From Candidatus Bathyarchaeota archaeon (GTDB lineage Archaea; Thermoproteota; Bathyarchaeia; Bathyarchaeales; Bathycorpusculaceae): DNA of 64,000 bases. The notes under the pieces were generated by a model that did not search any database, was not told where the DNA came from, and saw only the letters and a program-made list of their open reading frames with translations. Position 1 is the stretch's first letter; every line of letters begins with the position of its first letter. This document shows positions 60,912 to 64,000 of this stretch, one piece after another. The stretch is from contig JALHSY010000055.1 of assembly GCA_022865455.1 (NCBI GenBank), forward strand, positions 3,965 to 67,964. The letters are read 5' to 3'. Position numbers and translations under genes: made by a program.

Positions 60912-61767
60912 ATGGTTTTGGCTTCTGATTCAGCAACTCGTTGAGAGCAGCGACTTGCGCACTCAACCTCTTCTGGTTCTCTAGCATGGGGTCCATTTTC
61001 TTGAGGCTTTCAACAACCATAGGGAAGTTCTGAACCATGAAAAGGTAGTCTTCAAGAAGTTTCTTATCTCTCGACTCTAGTTCGGGTTTACCTTTACTGC
61101 AGTCCACCCAGACATCGCCAACGCTGACAGTCTTCTTGAAGAGCGGCGCTAAGGGATCATTTAGAATAGCCAAATGAAATTTGCCTGCCGGTCTCGGACA
61201 CCCAAACCTTACCTTCAACGCATCTTCCAAATAGCGACTGAACTCGACAGTTCGCAAAAGACTCTGCCGTTCCAAATCATCCGCGTCGCTACCCCTAAGA
61301 CCAAAATCATAGACCTCGACAGCATTGGATGATGGTAGATACCTGAACGCAACACCCAAGGCACGTCCATAGAAGCAATCCCACCCGGCCATGTGAACGG
61401 TCTTCCAGCGCACAGTCGCCTTAGAAATGTCTACCACACCCCTAACAACGGGAAACGCCCAACGGCAGTTATGCAACCGTAACAGAGGCTGCCAACGAAC
61501 AGTCTCAACCTCGTAGGTATCGAGAAAACTTTGCCTTCCTCTATCAGTGACTTCAAAAAACCACGGTTTCTTCCGCGTAGTTCGCTCAATATAGCCACCG
61601 CGCTCAAACCTAACAAGGTAATAATGAACAAACTGACGACTACGACCTACTTTGTGGGCTATCGCTGCTTCATTGCTGACCCCCTCAGAAATCAGGGTGA
61701 CAATGCCTTTGGCAAAACAGAATTTTGCCTTCCTCTTTGCGCTATCAAGCCCTGCGGGTTCACCCAA
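60877..61767 (-). CDS. wHTH-containing protein, possibly a replication or regulatory protein of an integrated element
   Basis: 296 aa. The N-terminus has AAIAHKVGRSRQFVHYYLVRFERGGYIE (wHTH-like). The rest is unrecognised. Confidence 0.55.
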   Translation of the reverse strand: MGEPAGLDSAKRKAKFCFAKGIVTLISEGVSNEAAIAHKVGRSRQFVHYYLVRFERGGYIERTTRKKPWFFEVTDRGRQSFLDTYEVETVRWQPLLRLHNCRWAFPVVRGVVDISKATVRWKTVHMAGWDCFYGRALGVAFRYLPSSNAVEVYDFGLRGSDADDLERQSLLRTVEFSRYLEDALKVRFGCPRPAGKFHLAILNDPLAPLFKKTVSVGDVWVDCSKGKPELESRDKKLLEDYLFMVQNFPMVVESLKKMDPMLENQKRLSAQVAALNELLNQKPKPFNRELQRLYES

Positions 61768-61911
61768 GTTGTCACCACCTTCGGAGGAAATTTACTGTGT
61801 TCAATCCTGACATAGTGGAGACAAGACACGCGGTTTTTTCTGCTGGTATGTGTCCTGTAATTATATTATAAATCATACGAAAAGCTAAATATATGTTTTG
61901 TCATATCATTA

Positions 61912-62229
61912 GTGTGGTCGAGAGTGTCCCAGACTCCACTAGTAGACCTCCTGTCAACTATACCCGGGGGGCCACGGTTAGCATTGAGGTTATTGTTAAG
62001 CTACCCGGAAAGGAAGACAGCTGAAGAACTCTCAAGCAAAATGCCCTTCATGTCTTCCGTGCGTATCAAGCAAGTCCTTAGAACTTTGACTGAAACCAAA
62101 TTGATTGATAGAAGGGAGAGACGCACAGGTCAGCGAGGGGTTCAGCCATTTGAATATAGGCTTTCAATTCCACTGTTTATGGAACTTCGGAGAAATCTGA
62201 GGAGTCAGAACATGGACAATAACGTATGA
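61912..62229 (+). CDS. MarR/wHTH-like small protein
   Basis: 105 aa with TAEELSSKMPFMSSVRIKQVLRTLTETKLIDRRE. Confidence 0.45.
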   Translation: MWSRVSQTPLVDLLSTIPGGPRLALRLLLSYPERKTAEELSSKMPFMSSVRIKQVLRTLTETKLIDRRERRTGQRGVQPFEYRLSIPLFMELRRNLRSQNMDNNV

Positions 62230-62233
62230 GGAG

Positions 62234-62503
62234 GTGAAAGAGACGGAAAAGACTGTTAGTAACAAAGGCTCGAAAAAAGAACTGCCATACTTGACGATTG
62301 GGGATGATCTGCGAGTGTTTCTTTTTTTGAGAAGGAGAAGCGGCAGTTGGTATACGCATGAAGACCTAGCTAGAGACGCTGGACTTGAGATGGAAGCAGT
62401 GAAGTCAGCCGTCAAAACGATTCGACATCATCCACTTATTGAAACGGAAAAAGATGAGGAAGGTCGTGAAAAGGTGGGTTTCTTCAGACTGCTCAGGACA
62501 TAG
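62234..62503 (+). CDS. Small winged-helix DNA-binding protein (paralog of 34222..34494)
   Basis: Contains LRVFLFLRRRSGSWYTHEDLARDAGLEMEAVKSAVKTIRHHPLI...FFRLL. Confidence 0.6.
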   Translation: MKETEKTVSNKGSKKELPYLTIGDDLRVFLFLRRRSGSWYTHEDLARDAGLEMEAVKSAVKTIRHHPLIETEKDEEGREKVGFFRLLRT

Positions 62504-62984
62504 CAGAGTAAAACAGGTGCCCGCGCTAGGGTTCTTAGCTTTTCAGACGATTCTGAGAGAAAAGTCTGGCAACTTGTAGAGAACCTCGTTAGGCGAGAAA
62601 TGAATCCACGCTGGCTGATTCTTTCCCGGATTTGGAAAAGCGGTTCATTTCTAGTGCCATCAATGGCAGTTGATTTAGGCTTCTTTTCGCCGTTGGCGAC
62701 CTGTGTTCCGAGATGCAACTCTCAGGTTGAGCAAGAGCTTCATGCTTTCGGTATTCTATTCCTCGAATTGGCATCTTATAACTTGCGGCAAGGTGTTTTG
62801 TCGCTCCAGTGGTGTCTACTGCACAATTCCCACTTCCGCCTGCAATGGATTTTGGCATCAAGATTCTTTATTCAGAGAAGCTGAAGCAAAACACACTCGT
62901 TCTTCCAGACATGTCGAGACGTCTTGAAGGTCACTCTAGGCATCAGGAGGACTTGACGAGGTCTCCTGCAATAGGTCTGCAGAA

Positions 62985-63400
62985 TTCTCGAAGCAAAAAA
63001 GGCTCGGGAACACCCTTGGGTCAAAGGGTATTCGGAACTCGACGCTCTCGAAATATGTGAGAATCATCTCGAGATGTCTCGGGGCGTTCGCAAGTCCTCG
63101 AGACTCTGAAGACCCCGAGATATTAGGGACCCTTGACCCTTTCGCGAGATAGCCGGGTCTTCTCCAGAGCCTGGCTAATGCAACCAAACGCTCTTCAGAA
63201 TAGAAAGAGAGAACTCGAGAAGCACTTCAACTGACTGGGCCCGTCTAAGGCCTGATTTCGCCAGTCATACTCCCAGACACCAGAAAGACCCAAGAAGAGC
63301 TTGTCCAGAGCACCTCCACGCTTCTCGAGATTCCAAAGTCCAAGCATACCAGCAGTACTCGGAGTTTCGAGAAATGCCAGTTTCGTCGAGGAATCTCGCT
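62985..63400. repeat. Second cluster of CTCGAG(A) iterons
   Basis: CTCGAG occurs at 63068, 63097, 63214 and 63324, plus CTCGAA, CTCGAC, CCCGAG and TTCGAG variants. The region has only weak overlapping ORFs. Confidence 0.65.
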
Positions 63401-63671
63401 GAGACTGGCTACTTGCAATTCGCGCGGGGGGAAGGTTTATGTGCACTCGTCCAAAGATGCTGTCCTGCAGATAAAACATGTGCTCAGAAAGGGATCCGTC
63501 AAGACTTAGGATCAATGAAGAAGCTGTAGGAATTCTGAGGGCAGCGGCAAAGGTAGCTGAAGAGAGGATCCGCAAACGGTTCCCAGAGGAAAGAAGGGTG
63601 CAGTGAGCAGGCCTCATGGAGACACCTGGCAACTCTGAGCGGAAAAGCCTAGGCTAAACCCTTTAGAAATG

Positions 63672-64000
63672 CTACTTCTTTCCAACGACGGTGATCGGGA
63701 CGCCGCGCTTTTTGGCATACTCGATGAAGGCTTTCTTCCCCTCTGCTAGTCTCTTAACCTCTTCAAAGGTCATTCTCTTAGTCGGATATCCGGTCTGCAA
63801 TCCCATCGCAACACCCAGCATAGATTTGAGCGTGTCAATCTCCGCCACGATCCCATTAATCGAGATAGCATCCTGGATTTTCAAAACACCCTTGCATTTC
63901 ACGCATAGACTTGCACCGGGTTGGTTAGGGTTTCCGCAGCGAGGGCACATGATGACTGCCGGCTCCTCCTTGGTTTTCTGCTTCAGGCCGGCTTTCTCGA
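63672..64000 (-). CDS. Zinc-ribbon protein, possibly extending beyond window end
   Basis: The track ORF 63672..63950 has MCPRCGNPN...CVKCKG. The frame stays open upstream to position 64000, so the N-terminus is uncertain. Confidence 0.45.
   Translation of the reverse strand, partial: EKAGLKQKTKEEPAVIMCPRCGNPNQPGASLCVKCKGVLKIQDAISINGIVAEIDTLKSMLGVAMGLQTGYPTKRMTFEEVKRLAEGKKAFIEYAKKRGVPITVVGKK

Noticed and set aside
62428-63632. Several mutually overlapping 80-145-aa ORFs on both strands.
   Set aside because: They overlap one another in a region dominated by CTCGAG iterons. None has recognisable motifs or a convincing start context. 63195-63632 remains possible but unsupported.

Overview
This looks like an archaeal chromosome segment. 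The evidence is NucS, an Nre-family repair protein, HdrA plus polyferredoxin, PEF-CTERM proteins and GGTGA-type Shine-Dalgarno sites.

Positions 1-8.4 kb carry ordinary housekeeping genes: hdrA-like, polyferredoxin, a SAM methyltransferase, nucS, ppa, Nre, and arsM plus an AbrB-like gene.

From about 8.9 kb to the window end the sequence is a mosaic accessory and defence island:
- A 1162-aa fusion ORF (PocR-like sensor, class-V PLP enzyme, AAA+ ATPase) bracketed by 25-nt direct repeats.
- A CAP12/TIR-like protein.
- A HEPN plus split RNase HIII operon.
- A truncated and an intact IS6-like transposase.
- A GmrSD-like DUF262/DUF1524 nuclease.
- An RHH / Panacea-UPF0175 / PIN toxin-antitoxin-like operon.
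- A 7.5-kb virus- or plasmid-like array of 16 co-directional small genes (22.3-29.8 kb). Each gene is preceded by the same ~22-nt leader. The array includes a truncated N6-methylase-like gene, a frameshifted ATP-dependent DNA ligase and a possible Ku-like gene.
- A 640-nt hairpin-rich non-coding region and a 900-nt palindrome and iteron-rich region.
- Two related modules (32-34.5 kb and 60.8-63.4 kb), each with dense CTCGAG iteron clusters and a paralogous small wHTH gene.
- Two PEF-CTERM surface proteins.
- A GHKL ATPase, a Zn-ribbon protein and a Hel308-like helicase.
- An HD-domain protein plus an unknown partner, a YkgJ-like Cys-cluster protein and an AIPR abortive-infection protein.
- A compact three-gene DISARM-like system: an SNF2 helicase, a 1329-aa N6-adenine methylase, and a 1751-aa DEAD helicase-DUF1998-PD-(D/E)xK fusion.

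Several short repeats recur at module junctions: a 21-mer in three copies, the 8-mer GCCATCAC, and the palindrome CGTTTTAT-N4-ATAAAACG in three copies.

I recognised no rRNA gene, convincing tRNA gene or CRISPR array. All family assignments come from motif recognition by eye, not database searches.
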